The notes under the pieces are model-generated. The model was not told the DNA's origin. It searched no databases and saw nothing but the letters and a program-made list of their open reading frames with translations. From Alphaproteobacteria bacterium (GTDB lineage: Bacteria; Pseudomonadota; Alphaproteobacteria; Rs-D84), in NCBI GenBank assembly GCA_017505705.1, contig JAFVOS010000010.1, positions 2,883-66,882 on the forward strand: 64,000 nt of DNA. The letters are read 5' to 3'. This document shows, piece by piece, positions 37,864 to 47,761 of the stretch (within the stretch, counting starts at the first letter, position 1; the number at the start of each line of letters is the position of its first letter). Made by a program: the position numbers and the translations under genes.

Positions 37864-38616
37864 ATGGACGATTTATTTGATGTATGTAATTGCGAAGGAA
37901 CAATTGAAGCAACCCAAACAATCCAAACAATGCCACTGATTGGTGATGTGGCGCCACAATTTTATGCACAGACTACAAATGGGCCTATATATTTTCCAAA
38001 TGATTTGTCTGGAAAGTGGATTGTGTTTTTTTCACATCCTGCAGATTTTACACCTGTGTGCACATCAGAATTTATTCGCTTTCAAGAATTAAGAGACCAA
38101 TTTAATGAAATGAACACCGAATTGGTTGCACTGTCAGTTGGGGCAATATCTTCGCATCTGGCGTGGATTGACGCCATCAGCAAAATGGATGGTGGAATTG
38201 ATATAAAATTCCCAATTGTTGCAGATACAGACATGAAAATAGCACGTGCATATGGAATGATTCACGACAATGCGTCTGATACCAGTGCAGTACGTGCAGT
38301 CTTTGTCATTGATCCACATGGTATAATACGAACAATTCTATACTATCCAGCCATTATGGGACGAAACTTTACAGAAGTGATGCGAATTATTGTTGGATTG
38401 CAAACTGCAGATGCGTTCAAAGTTGCAATGCCCGCAGACTGGTTGCCTGGTGAAGATGTTTTGTTGCCTGCACCACAAACAGTTGAACAAATGCGAAAAT
38501 CTGACAAAAAGAATAATCAACGTGCATGGTTTATGACATATAAAAAATTGGCATCTGACACGATATATAACAAATTGACACAGAAAACAAAAAAATCACA
38601 GTCTAAGAAAAAATAA
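37864..38616 (+). CDS. Peroxiredoxin (1-Cys/Prx6-like) with Lys-rich C-terminal tail
   Basis: FFSHPADFTPVCTSE peroxidatic Cys motif; AGGAG RBS before 37864. Confidence 0.88.
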   Translation: MDDLFDVCNCEGTIEATQTIQTMPLIGDVAPQFYAQTTNGPIYFPNDLSGKWIVFFSHPADFTPVCTSEFIRFQELRDQFNEMNTELVALSVGAISSHLAWIDAISKMDGGIDIKFPIVADTDMKIARAYGMIHDNASDTSAVRAVFVIDPHGIIRTILYYPAIMGRNFTEVMRIIVGLQTADAFKVAMPADWLPGEDVLLPAPQTVEQMRKSDKKNNQRAWFMTYKKLASDTIYNKLTQKTKKSQSKKK

Positions 38617-38641
38617 ATGGGGCATTCCCCCATTTATTAAA

Positions 38642-38986
38642 TTAAAAAACCAGTGGTAAATCTTTTAATTCCAGTGGCACACCATCACGTTCTGGATCCC
38701 ATTGATATTCTGACATAATCACTGTTTTATCGGGATTAAATTTTACGCCTTCGGTTTTAAGCATTCTGTATTGTTCGGATGCAAATCCACAGCACAACGC
38801 ACCATTTTTAAACACGACACGATGCCATGGCAGATGCCAGCTGTTTTTATTATTAGACGCATACCCAACAAAACGGGCCATACGTGGACGACCAATCATT
38901 GCCGCAATTTGACCAAACGTTGCCACCCGCCCAGACGGGATACGGGATACAACATCATAAACCTGTTCATTAAATGTCATTGCCAT
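38642..38986 (-). CDS. Alkyltransferase-like (ATL) protein, MGMT DNA-binding domain without the acceptor Cys
   Basis: RIPSGRVATFGQIA and PWHRV (nt 38816-38830) in place of PCHRV. The start is uncertain (M30 of the ORF-track protein was chosen). Confidence 0.7.
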   Translation of the reverse strand: MAMTFNEQVYDVVSRIPSGRVATFGQIAAMIGRPRMARFVGYASNNKNSWHLPWHRVVFKNGALCCGFASEQYRMLKTEGVKFNPDKTVIMSEYQWDPERDGVPLELKDLPLVF

Positions 38987-39074
38987 AGTGATTTTTATTC
39001 TAGGCACACAGACAGAAAAAGTCAAATAATAACCCTTGCAAAACAATTCTGGGAAATATATAATGCCAGGCACA

Positions 39075-39164
39075 GGAGCAGTGGCAGAGTGGTTGAATGC
39101 GCACGACTCGAAATCGTGTATAGGGGCAACTCTATCAAGGGTTCAAATCCCTTCTGCTCCGCCA
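39075..39164 (+). tRNA. tRNA-Ser (anticodon CGA), CCA encoded
   Basis: GGAGCAG acceptor stem, anticodon arm CACGA-CTCGAAA-TCGTG, long variable arm, T-arm AGGG-TTCAAAT-CCCT. Confidence 0.9.
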
Positions 39165-39170
39165 GAATTT

Positions 39171-39196
39171 AAAAAACCGCCAAATGGCGGTTTTTA
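39171..39196. terminator. Bidirectional intrinsic terminator
   Basis: aaaaaaccgcc-aaat-ggcggtttttt. Confidence 0.8.
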
Positions 39197-40354
39197 TACA
39201 TCAAAATTATAGTTTTTAACAGATTTAACGATTGCGGCAACTAACTTATCCTGGTGCGCAGACGTCTTTAATAATTTTTCTTCGGCGGCATTAGACAGGT
39301 GCCCCAATTCCAACAATGCCCCAGGTACTGTTGAACGCAGAACTGCAAATGGCGCATGGCGAACATCTGGACCGGGCTGCTGTTCAATTGATGATTTCTT
39401 GAAATATTTTGCACAGCCATTGGCGTATTCTTCACTCATTTCTGCGACTGCATGCTGCTGTAATGAAGACAATGCTATACGGATATTTTCTTCGAATTCT
39501 GTAAATCCTTCTACCCCGATTTTGTCAGCGGCATTTTCAGCCTCAGCCAGTTTTTTTGCCTCTTCGTCTGAGGCCTTTTCAGACAGCGTATATATAGAAA
39601 ACCCTTTCATCTTGCGACTGGGGTTGGCGTTGGCATGTAATGAAATAAACAAATCAGCTTTTTTCTGTTCAGCGATTTCTGCACGCTGGGCCAGTTTCAA
39701 GTAAGTATCACCACTGCGTGTTAAATGTGTTTTAAATCCATTGGCATCCAATTGCTTTTTTAATTTTCGTGCAACAGACAAAACGACGTCTTTTTCACGT
39801 GTGCCACCCTTGCCGATACAGCCAGGATCCTTGCCACCATGGCCAGCATCAACAACAATGGTATATTTTTTTGATGGTGCGCTGGATTTTGCAACAGCTG
39901 TCCCGGTTGCAGATGATGCAGATGCAGCACCACTGCCTGCGACAAAATCCAACACCAGACGATAATCGTTATCACCATTTGGTTCCAGCAACAAAATGTT
40001 AGATTTCTGAATTTGGGCAATTGGTTTGTTCAAATTTACAATAATTTGTAATGTGTCAGACACCTGGGCCTGGGCCAGCGATTTTACCAATGTGCCAGAT
40101 GCTAATTTTGGACTGATTCCCGTATTTGCAGCAGTATTTGGTAATGTCACAATCAATTGATTTGCTGGATACGACAAAGAATAAGACGGACGTACAGATG
40201 TTTCGATTACCAATCTGGTTTTGTTCCCGGGCTGAACACCGGTACGCAAAGATTTTAAAGTATTACGGGCAGCAAATGCCATACGTGGCAATGCCGTCAA
40301 TGCCAAGACACTAAAACCTGTTATTTTCAAAACACTGCGTCGTGATATTTTCAT
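39194..40354 (-). CDS. amiC: N-acetylmuramoyl-L-alanine amidase (Tat signal, AMIN domain, Amidase_3)
   Basis: MKISRRSVLKITG...AFA twin-arginine signal; IVVDAGHGGKDPG...FISLHANA. Confidence 0.88.
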   Translation of the reverse strand: MKISRRSVLKITGFSVLALTALPRMAFAARNTLKSLRTGVQPGNKTRLVIETSVRPSYSLSYPANQLIVTLPNTAANTGISPKLASGTLVKSLAQAQVSDTLQIIVNLNKPIAQIQKSNILLLEPNGDNDYRLVLDFVAGSGAASASSATGTAVAKSSAPSKKYTIVVDAGHGGKDPGCIGKGGTREKDVVLSVARKLKKQLDANGFKTHLTRSGDTYLKLAQRAEIAEQKKADLFISLHANANPSRKMKGFSIYTLSEKASDEEAKKLAEAENAADKIGVEGFTEFEENIRIALSSLQQHAVAEMSEEYANGCAKYFKKSSIEQQPGPDVRHAPFAVLRSTVPGALLELGHLSNAAEEKLLKTSAHQDKLVAAIVKSVKNYNFDV

Positions 40355-40451
40355 GTGCCGTATTATATCAAAAATCAACAAATCATTCAAGCCCCCATAT
40401 AGGAATAAAAAAAAGAACCGACAGATGCGGTCCTTGCTTTTTATGCAACCA

Positions 40452-41984
40452 TCATGATTTTACACCATATTTACCACGGTTTATTGGTCTGTATGACAAT
40501 GCCTCTGCCAGGTCGGACATTTCTATATTTTCCGCACCACGCAAATCTGCAATTGTGCGTGCCAAACGCTTAATACGGTTATACCCACGTGCAGACATCC
40601 CCATTTTTTCGGCAGCAGTATTTAAAAACGCCGTTAATTCATCGTCTAAGGCCGCAACTCGCTCTAATTCTGGGCCGTCTAATGTTGCGTTAACGTGTCC
40701 CTGGCGGGCAATTTGACGGTTGCGTGCTGCCACAACACGTGCACGAATTTCACGACTGGTTTCACGCAGAGCCCCATCATCGGTTTTCATTTCCCATGGA
40801 TTTACAGCATCTACATCAACATGCAAATCAATTCTGTCCAGCAATGGACCCGATATTTTATTCTGATATGCTTCGGCGCATCGGGGCGCACGTGTGCAAG
40901 ACATTGCCGCATTTCCTAAATGTCCACATGGACATGGATTCATTGCCGCAATCAACTGAAAACGTGCAGGATACGTCGCATTTCGACGTGCCCGGGATAT
41001 TAAAATCTGGCCACTTTCCATTGGTTGACGCAAAATTTCCAGGGTTGCACGATTAAATTCTGGCAATTCATCTAAAAACAACACCCCATTATGTGCCAAT
41101 GATATTTCCCCAGGTCTGGCGTCAGAACTGCCCCCGGACAGGGCAACAGGACTGGACGTATGGTGCACACTGCGAAATGGACGCACAGAAATCAGCGACT
41201 TGTTATTCAATTGACCGGCAATCGAATAAATCATGGATGTTTCCAGAATTTCTTCGGCGGTCATTTCTGGCAGAATCGTCGGCAGGCGTGATGCCAACAT
41301 TGTTTTGCCCGACCCGGGCGGCCCAACCATTAACATGGCATGTCCACCAGCAGCGGCAATTTCCAGCGCACGTTTGGCAGCAGCCTGGCCATGAACGTCT
41401 GACATATCAATGTTTTTTTGTGGCACACCATCGTTTTCAGCAACATGTGTCATGTCTGGCATTGCCAACACAGATGTGCCATTAAAGTGATTTATCAATT
41501 CCAGAACATGATTTGGCGCCAAAATATCATTGTGACCAGACAGACATGCTTCGCCACCCTGGGCATATGGACAAATCAACCCTAAGCCATTTTTGTTTGC
41601 CCACACCGCAGCCGGCAAGACAGCATCTGTTTTTACAATTGCACCGTCCAGCCCTACTTCGCCCAGGATTAAATATTTGGACAATTGTTCTTCGGGCAAG
41701 ACGCCAATTGCACATAATATTCCACATAAAATTGGTAAATCAAAATGAGAACCGCTTTTTTCAACATCAGCCGGCGACAGGTTTACAGTCAACCTTTTGG
41801 GTGGCAGTGTCAAATTCAATGCAGATAAAACATTACGTATACGTTCTGCAGATTCTTTGACAGCCCTGTCAGCCAAGCCAATTATATTGAATTCTGGTTT
41901 GGACAGACCCGATGCCAATTGAACCTGGACGTCTATTCTGGTTGCATCCATTCCATTAAAAATAACTGAACTTAATGATATCAT
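40452..41984 (-). CDS. comM: YifB/ComM family Mg-chelatase-like ATPase
   Basis: Lon-like N-terminal domain, Walker A MLMVGPPGSGKTML, GVLFLDELPEF, and NPCPCG. The start is approximate. Confidence 0.88.
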   Translation of the reverse strand: MISLSSVIFNGMDATRIDVQVQLASGLSKPEFNIIGLADRAVKESAERIRNVLSALNLTLPPKRLTVNLSPADVEKSGSHFDLPILCGILCAIGVLPEEQLSKYLILGEVGLDGAIVKTDAVLPAAVWANKNGLGLICPYAQGGEACLSGHNDILAPNHVLELINHFNGTSVLAMPDMTHVAENDGVPQKNIDMSDVHGQAAAKRALEIAAAGGHAMLMVGPPGSGKTMLASRLPTILPEMTAEEILETSMIYSIAGQLNNKSLISVRPFRSVHHTSSPVALSGGSSDARPGEISLAHNGVLFLDELPEFNRATLEILRQPMESGQILISRARRNATYPARFQLIAAMNPCPCGHLGNAAMSCTRAPRCAEAYQNKISGPLLDRIDLHVDVDAVNPWEMKTDDGALRETSREIRARVVAARNRQIARQGHVNATLDGPELERVAALDDELTAFLNTAAEKMGMSARGYNRIKRLARTIADLRGAENIEMSDLAEALSYRPINRGKYGVKS

Positions 41985-42058
41985 GTGATGCATATTATAA
42001 CTTGCGTTAAGTGATTTCAAGGTCTAAAATACCCCCTGTACAAATTAAGGATTGCATT

Positions 42059-43012
42059 ATGCCCGCAAAAAATAAAAATGTCGCACGTGAATGGTTTAAC
42101 ACTATATTTTATGGGGGCTTGATTGCGATTATATTTCGCAGTTTGTTATTAGAACCATTTAATATTCCATCGGGTTCTATGATTCCAACATTGCACGTTG
42201 GCGACCATATTTTTGTGACCAAGTGGTCATATGGATATTCCAGATATTCTTTTCCTTTTGGATCTTGGAAATTGTGGAATGGACGTTTCTGGGCAAGCGA
42301 ACCAGAAACAGGTGATGTTGTTGTCTTCAGAAACCCTGTAGATGAAAGTCAGGACTATGTCAAAAGACTGATTGGTAAACCAGGTGATAAAATTCAGATG
42401 ATAAATGGCCGGCTGCACATTAATGGCGAACAGGTTAAACGTGAAAATCCACGACCATATGTGTGGGCCGTATTACCCAAAGAACCAAAACGTGGCGAAT
42501 ATGAAAATGGGAATTTTGAAATTAATGGCAACAAGATTTTTGTAGACAATATGCCTGCTGAATTTAACTATACAATTCAGTACAGTCCAATGTGCAGCAA
42601 TCAGTATAAAAGAATTGTTAATTTTTACAGCGGGCCGGGTGCTGACAAACTGCCCCAATCCGAAGGAAACTGGAAACCAACCGAGGCGCCATGTGGTATA
42701 TTCATAATGACAGAATACACAGAAACACTGCCAAATGGCGTTCAGCACAGCATTATCGAAACGTCTGACAATGAATTATATTCCGATAATACGCCATTGT
42801 TTACAGTTCCAGACAATCATTTGTTTTTCATGGGTGACAACCGTGACAACAGCGGCGACAGCCGTATGCATGTCGGGTATGTGCCACGTGACAATGTGCT
42901 GGGGAAAGTATGGTTTACATGGTATTCTCATAACTATTTTGCACCAATGTTGTCAATATGGTCATGGGGTAAAAAAATGCGCTGGGGCAGATTTGGAATG
43001 GGTATAAATTAA
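42059..43012 (+). CDS. lepB: Signal peptidase I
   Basis: IPSGSMIPTL (Ser box), VKRLIG.PGD, and GDNRDNSGDSR. Confidence 0.92.
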   Translation: MPAKNKNVAREWFNTIFYGGLIAIIFRSLLLEPFNIPSGSMIPTLHVGDHIFVTKWSYGYSRYSFPFGSWKLWNGRFWASEPETGDVVVFRNPVDESQDYVKRLIGKPGDKIQMINGRLHINGEQVKRENPRPYVWAVLPKEPKRGEYENGNFEINGNKIFVDNMPAEFNYTIQYSPMCSNQYKRIVNFYSGPGADKLPQSEGNWKPTEAPCGIFIMTEYTETLPNGVQHSIIETSDNELYSDNTPLFTVPDNHLFFMGDNRDNSGDSRMHVGYVPRDNVLGKVWFTWYSHNYFAPMLSIWSWGKKMRWGRFGMGIN

Positions 43013-43014
43013 AA

Positions 43015-43647
43015 ATGAAAAAAATAAACTATAATTTTAAAAATGAAGATTTGTTGAATTTGGCACTGACGCAGAGTGGTGCTGATTCTGAACACAATAA
43101 CGAACGCCTGGAATTTATTGGTGACAGGGTATTGGGCTTAACGGTGGCAATGATGCTGTACAATACATTTCCAGACGAACCAGAAGGTGATTTAGCCCGA
43201 CGTCATGCAATGCTGGTTTCAACAAGCACATTGGCCAGCGTTGCAAAACAAATTGATTTGTCACAACATATTCGACATGGCCATATGACAGGCGGACGTA
43301 TTCAACACGTGCTGGCAGATGCCATGGAGGCTATTTTTGGCGCAATCTTTATTGATGGTGGTTGGGATGCGGCACGTGGGGTTATTACAGAACTGTGGAC
43401 GGATTTAATCCATCAAAATGAAGCCGCACCAAAAGACCCAAAAACAGCACTGCAAGAATTGGTACAGAAAAATGACAGTGGGGCATTACCACAATATACG
43501 TTCTTGGAATCGATGGGCGCATCACACTGTCCTGTGTTTAACGTTCGGGTGACAGCAATGGGCAAATCTGCAGATGGAAGCGGCGCATCAAAAAAAGCCG
43601 CCAGTATCAATGCGGCAGAAAAATTGCTGAAAATCCTTGCAATTTAA
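43015..43647 (+). CDS. rnc: Ribonuclease III
   Basis: NERLEFIGDRVLGL signature and a C-terminal dsRBD (DPKTALQELVQ...GSGASKKAASINAAEKLL). Confidence 0.93.
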   Translation: MKKINYNFKNEDLLNLALTQSGADSEHNNERLEFIGDRVLGLTVAMMLYNTFPDEPEGDLARRHAMLVSTSTLASVAKQIDLSQHIRHGHMTGGRIQHVLADAMEAIFGAIFIDGGWDAARGVITELWTDLIHQNEAAPKDPKTALQELVQKNDSGALPQYTFLESMGASHCPVFNVRVTAMGKSADGSGASKKAASINAAEKLLKILAI

Positions 43648-43690
43648 ATAAATGCCCTATAAAATCACATAAAAAAGCAAAGGAAAAAAC

Positions 43691-44017
43691 ATGTTTTCAA
43701 TTTTACTGGTTTTGCTAGTTATCGTAGCAGTGTTTATGATTGGTTTGATTTTGTTACAAAAGTCAGAAGGATCTGGGATGTCTGGTTCATCTGCGGCGGC
43801 AATGTTCGGCGGCGCACTGACAGGGGCAGCTGCTGGTAATTTTCTGACCCGGGCAACTGCGTGGTTGGCAACATTGTTCTTTATTTTGTGCGCAGCATTG
43901 GCGTTGGTTGCAGCCAAAACAGATATGGCAACCCAGCAAAGTCATTTGCGCCAGGAAATTTTGGAACAAGGGGATACACCCGTCGCACCAGTACAAACAG
44001 AAAATTCATCAAATTAA
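43691..44017 (+). CDS. secG: Preprotein translocase subunit SecG
   Basis: MFSILLVLLVIVAVFMIGLILLQKSEGSG, plus a second TM helix. Confidence 0.88.
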   Translation: MFSILLVLLVIVAVFMIGLILLQKSEGSGMSGSSAAAMFGGALTGAAAGNFLTRATAWLATLFFILCAALALVAAKTDMATQQSHLRQEILEQGDTPVAPVQTENSSN

Positions 44018-44043
44018 AAAACCCGCAATTGCGGGTTTTTATT
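44016..44043. terminator. Bidirectional intrinsic terminator
   Basis: aaaaaacccgc-aatt-gcgggttttt. Confidence 0.8.
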
Positions 44044-44526
44044 TTAGCGTTTACGAATGTTCTGACCGGTAAGAACAATTGGATTTAATACATATTCTTT
44101 GTCAAACAGTATGTACGGACCAAACACACGCATTTTACGTATATTGTGTATACTGTTTAACGGAACTCTTACGACCATATGTGGTAATTTGGTCTTGTCT
44201 GCGGATGCATCAAACGTGGTGTGAAATCCCATTTTTTGCAGATTTGTGTTAATGTGTTCACGTGCCAAAATACGAGCAATCGCATCTGTGTGATATTCTG
44301 GTTTTAATTTTGGAACAAACCTAACCTCGTTATAATACGGTTGTCTGGTTGCACGTGCAGTTGACGTATGATTGATTTGATACAATGCTTCGACCCGTCC
44401 CAAACCATGCCACATACGTTTAAAGATAGATGTTTCGGGTAAATCTGGCTGTGCAACGGTCTGTTCGTTTATTTTATAATCCAGCACCAAACTGGCAGAA
44501 TACAATGGGCCTTCTGAGTGTTCCAT
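44044..44526 (-). CDS. Hypothetical protein
   Basis: 160-aa ORF with no TM segment and no motif recognised. Confidence 0.45.
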   Translation of the reverse strand: MEHSEGPLYSASLVLDYKINEQTVAQPDLPETSIFKRMWHGLGRVEALYQINHTSTARATRQPYYNEVRFVPKLKPEYHTDAIARILAREHINTNLQKMGFHTTFDASADKTKLPHMVVRVPLNSIHNIRKMRVFGPYILFDKEYVLNPIVLTGQNIRKR

Positions 44527-44617
44527 AATAGAATCCTTTGTTTATTTAGTGACTGGATTGTATCAACGTTTATTAAATTTGCAATCTTTTAATTATTAGT
44601 GTAAAATAACGCCCGTT

Positions 44618-45088
44618 ATGGTACGTCAGATTATAAAATTTGGTCAGGTTTCTGAAAACCGCAAGGCGCGGTTCAATTATTCTATTGAAGATACAATTGA
44701 GGCAGGCATATCCCTGACAGGCGCAGAAATCAAATCTATTCGTTATGGATTGGTGACAATTGTCGATGGTTTTGTTCAGCGACGTGGGGACAACCTGTTC
44801 CTGGCGGGGGTTGAAATTCAGAAATTACCAACAGCGGCCAGAATTGTGAACTTTGATGAACGACGCAGTCGCCAGTTGCTGTTGCACCGCAATCAAATTA
44901 ATCGATTAATTGGCAAATTACAGGAAAAAGGCGCAACAATTGTTCCGCTGAAGCTGTACTTTAACAATCGTGGTAAATTAAAGGTGCTGTTGGGCGTTGG
45001 ATATGGTAAAAACAAGGTAGACAAGCGTGAAACAATAAAACAACGTGAATGGGATAAGAACAAAGCACGTATTTTAAAGGGAAAATAA
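44618..45088 (+). CDS. smpB: SsrA-binding protein
   Basis: NRKARFNYSIEDT.EAGI.L.G.EIKS.R, LLLHR.QI, and the C-terminal basic tail. Confidence 0.93.
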   Translation: MVRQIIKFGQVSENRKARFNYSIEDTIEAGISLTGAEIKSIRYGLVTIVDGFVQRRGDNLFLAGVEIQKLPTAARIVNFDERRSRQLLLHRNQINRLIGKLQEKGATIVPLKLYFNNRGKLKVLLGVGYGKNKVDKRETIKQREWDKNKARILKGK

Positions 45089-45112
45089 AAACCGCAAAAT
45101 GCGGTTTTTATT

Positions 45113-46483
45113 TTATTCAGATGCAGACGGTTTTACCAAAGCGCCACCAAACGCAACGTCCATTTTTACACCGTTTTCAACACCGTCATAATATTTAGCA
45201 GTACCACCAAATTCAGACGCCACGCCATTTTCACCATAGTATTTGATACTGGCACCGTCATAGTTATCAATTGTCTTGGCCGTATCTGTGACACCTGATA
45301 ATTGATAGTTTTCACCGATGGGGGCAGCCGGTCTAAATGTGATTTCTGAATCTGTACCATTGTTTACAATGAATACATGATACCATTTCATATCCACAGG
45401 CGCATCGTTTGAAGCAGCAGAAAAATTCATATCCAGTGTTTCTGTGCCATCTTTAAAATTAAGTAAAGCATTTGATGCGATACGTTGTTGTGTTCCATCC
45501 TTGCCGGTGACAACACCAACGGCTGTACCAGAAAAATCCATTTCCTGGTTCATTGCAACAACGTTTTCACGTGATACAGCCTTTAAAGAATAGCCACCTG
45601 CGAACACGTTTAATTTTTTGTCTGCCAGTATGTCTTGCAATGTTTCGTCTGTGTAATCACGACTGGTTGTTTTGTTTATCATACCAAAGTCAGAATATTT
45701 TAATTTATTTTTCAAACCATAACCAACAATACTTGCAATAACAGTGTCTGTTTGTTCGTCTGTTTCAATTGTTTTTACAAATTGCGTGCCACGATTGCGA
45801 CGACTATAATCTTCGCCAGATAATTTGACGCTAACAATTTCGCCATGTTCATCTAAAACAAATGAAAAATTATTTGTTCCGTCTGGTGATACAAAGTTAA
45901 TGTCTGATAAATCTTGGGATCTGTCTGTAATCAAATATTTATCGGGATTTTCAGAATCTTTATCAAAAAATTTATCCAACAAATGTTCTGCTTCAACCGC
46001 TGTTTTAATATGCATTGCGATTGAATTTTTATCATCGTCATTCAGTGTTGCATCCCATGTAAAATCATCAACACTGCCACCAGATATCATGTATGCATTC
46101 TTGATATCTTCGATACTTATTCCTTCAAACCCGGTGGTATAAATTGCATACATTTTTTCAAATGCATTTTTTGCAATATTGTACTGATTATTAAACACAG
46201 GTATCTTGTCCCGGGAATCCGCATTATTTGAATGCCCTGCATTTGCATATCTGTTGCCAGCAACCGACACAGCAGAAGATGTATCCTGGTTATATAGTCC
46301 CATCGCCTTGGCATGTGCAACAATTTCTGAACGATTTGTCACAGTTTGACTTAGTCCTGTTATCTGGGAATTTGATGCACGCACCTCAAGATAACGGCTG
46401 TTTGTGCTAACTGGTTGCGCATCACCCGTACTGGCACACGCACTTAACAACAATAATCCAGACAAGATAAAGATATGCTTCAT
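45113..46483 (-). CDS. Lipoprotein with C-terminal TbpB/fHbp-like beta-barrel (surface-lipoprotein type)
   Basis: Lipobox LLLSAC. The C-terminus has FSGTAVGVV...NALLNFKDGTETLDMNF......IKYYGENGVASEFGGTAKY.....VAFGG, resembling the G.FYG..A.E.GG.F...FG.. barrel signature. Confidence 0.45.
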   Translation of the reverse strand: MKHIFILSGLLLLSACASTGDAQPVSTNSRYLEVRASNSQITGLSQTVTNRSEIVAHAKAMGLYNQDTSSAVSVAGNRYANAGHSNNADSRDKIPVFNNQYNIAKNAFEKMYAIYTTGFEGISIEDIKNAYMISGGSVDDFTWDATLNDDDKNSIAMHIKTAVEAEHLLDKFFDKDSENPDKYLITDRSQDLSDINFVSPDGTNNFSFVLDEHGEIVSVKLSGEDYSRRNRGTQFVKTIETDEQTDTVIASIVGYGLKNKLKYSDFGMINKTTSRDYTDETLQDILADKKLNVFAGGYSLKAVSRENVVAMNQEMDFSGTAVGVVTGKDGTQQRIASNALLNFKDGTETLDMNFSAASNDAPVDMKWYHVFIVNNGTDSEITFRPAAPIGENYQLSGVTDTAKTIDNYDGASIKYYGENGVASEFGGTAKYYDGVENGVKMDVAFGGALVKPSASE

Positions 46484-46741
46484 ATTTTCCCCTTTTCCTT
46501 GTCTTCATAGTATTAAATATTGCAATGATATTCAAGACTATTATTTTGCAGCTAACTTTTTATTGAAAAAACACAACATCTGCATTATAATTCTTGGTAT
46601 GAAAAACAATATCGTTATCTTTTCTGAATTTAATTGCTGGCGCATTGCCGCCTGAACTGATATTTATTGTGCCCAGAAAATTTAGGGCTTTCATTTACAA
46701 ATAAAATTATTTAAAATCAATAACAAGAAAAGGTAATTAAT

Positions 46742-47734
46742 ATGTCAGAAAAAATCGTTTTAACAGGCATTAAGCCAACAGGCATGCCACATATTGGGAA
46801 CTATATTGGTGCACTGAAACCATTGATAGACCGGTCCAAGGCACATAAAACATTTATGTTTATTGCAGACCTGCATTCATTAAACACAATGCATAATGCA
46901 TCTGAAATCAAACAGCACACGTATGAAATCGCTGCACTGATGATATCGTTGGGACTGGATTTGAATAACACCGCCCTGTTCCGTCAATCTGATATCGATG
47001 AAATATATCAATTGAATACTCTGCTGATGAATGTGACGCCAAAGGGATTGATGAATCGTGCACACTCGTACAAAGCGGCAATGGATAAAAATACTGCAGC
47101 GGGGTTGGATATAGACGCCGGGATTAACATGGGATTGTATACATATCCTATTTTAATGACTGCGGATATTTTGCTGTACAACACAGATATTGTCCCCGTT
47201 GGTACCGACCAAAAACAACACGTAGAATTTGCACGTGATATTGCCGGATACTTTAATACAATGTATGGTCAAACATTTAAGTTGCCAGAACCAGTAATTG
47301 GATCCGATACAGGATTAATCCCAGGTTTGGATGGTCGCAAAATGAGTAAATCGTACGATAATATCATTCCGTTGATGGCACCTGAAAAAGAATTAAAGAA
47401 AAAAATAATGCGCATCATAACGGATTCAAAAACACCAGAAGAACCAAAAGATCCTGATACGTCTACGATTTATCAGTTGTATAAATTCTTTGCAACAGAA
47501 TCAGAATCTGCGGAATTTGTGAAAATGTTTCGTGATGGCGGGATGGGGTACGGCACTGCAAAAACAATATTGTTTGAAAAGGTAAATTCTGTGTTGGCAA
47601 ATCAGCGGACAGAATACGAACGATTATTGGCAAATAAATCTGAAATTGATGCAATATTGGCTGATGGCGCAATGCGTGCACGTGCTGTGGCAAAGCAAAC
47701 GTTGGAACGTGTTAAAAAAGCCATGTTGGGATAA
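46742..47734 (+). CDS. trpS: Tryptophan--tRNA ligase
   Basis: GIKPTGMPHIGNYIGA (HIGH-like), VGTDQKQH, and KMSKS. Confidence 0.94.
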   Translation: MSEKIVLTGIKPTGMPHIGNYIGALKPLIDRSKAHKTFMFIADLHSLNTMHNASEIKQHTYEIAALMISLGLDLNNTALFRQSDIDEIYQLNTLLMNVTPKGLMNRAHSYKAAMDKNTAAGLDIDAGINMGLYTYPILMTADILLYNTDIVPVGTDQKQHVEFARDIAGYFNTMYGQTFKLPEPVIGSDTGLIPGLDGRKMSKSYDNIIPLMAPEKELKKKIMRIITDSKTPEEPKDPDTSTIYQLYKFFATESESAEFVKMFRDGGMGYGTAKTILFEKVNSVLANQRTEYERLLANKSEIDAILADGAMRARAVAKQTLERVKKAMLG

Positions 47735-47761
47735 ACGAAATTTAATCAAAGGGAGAGAATA

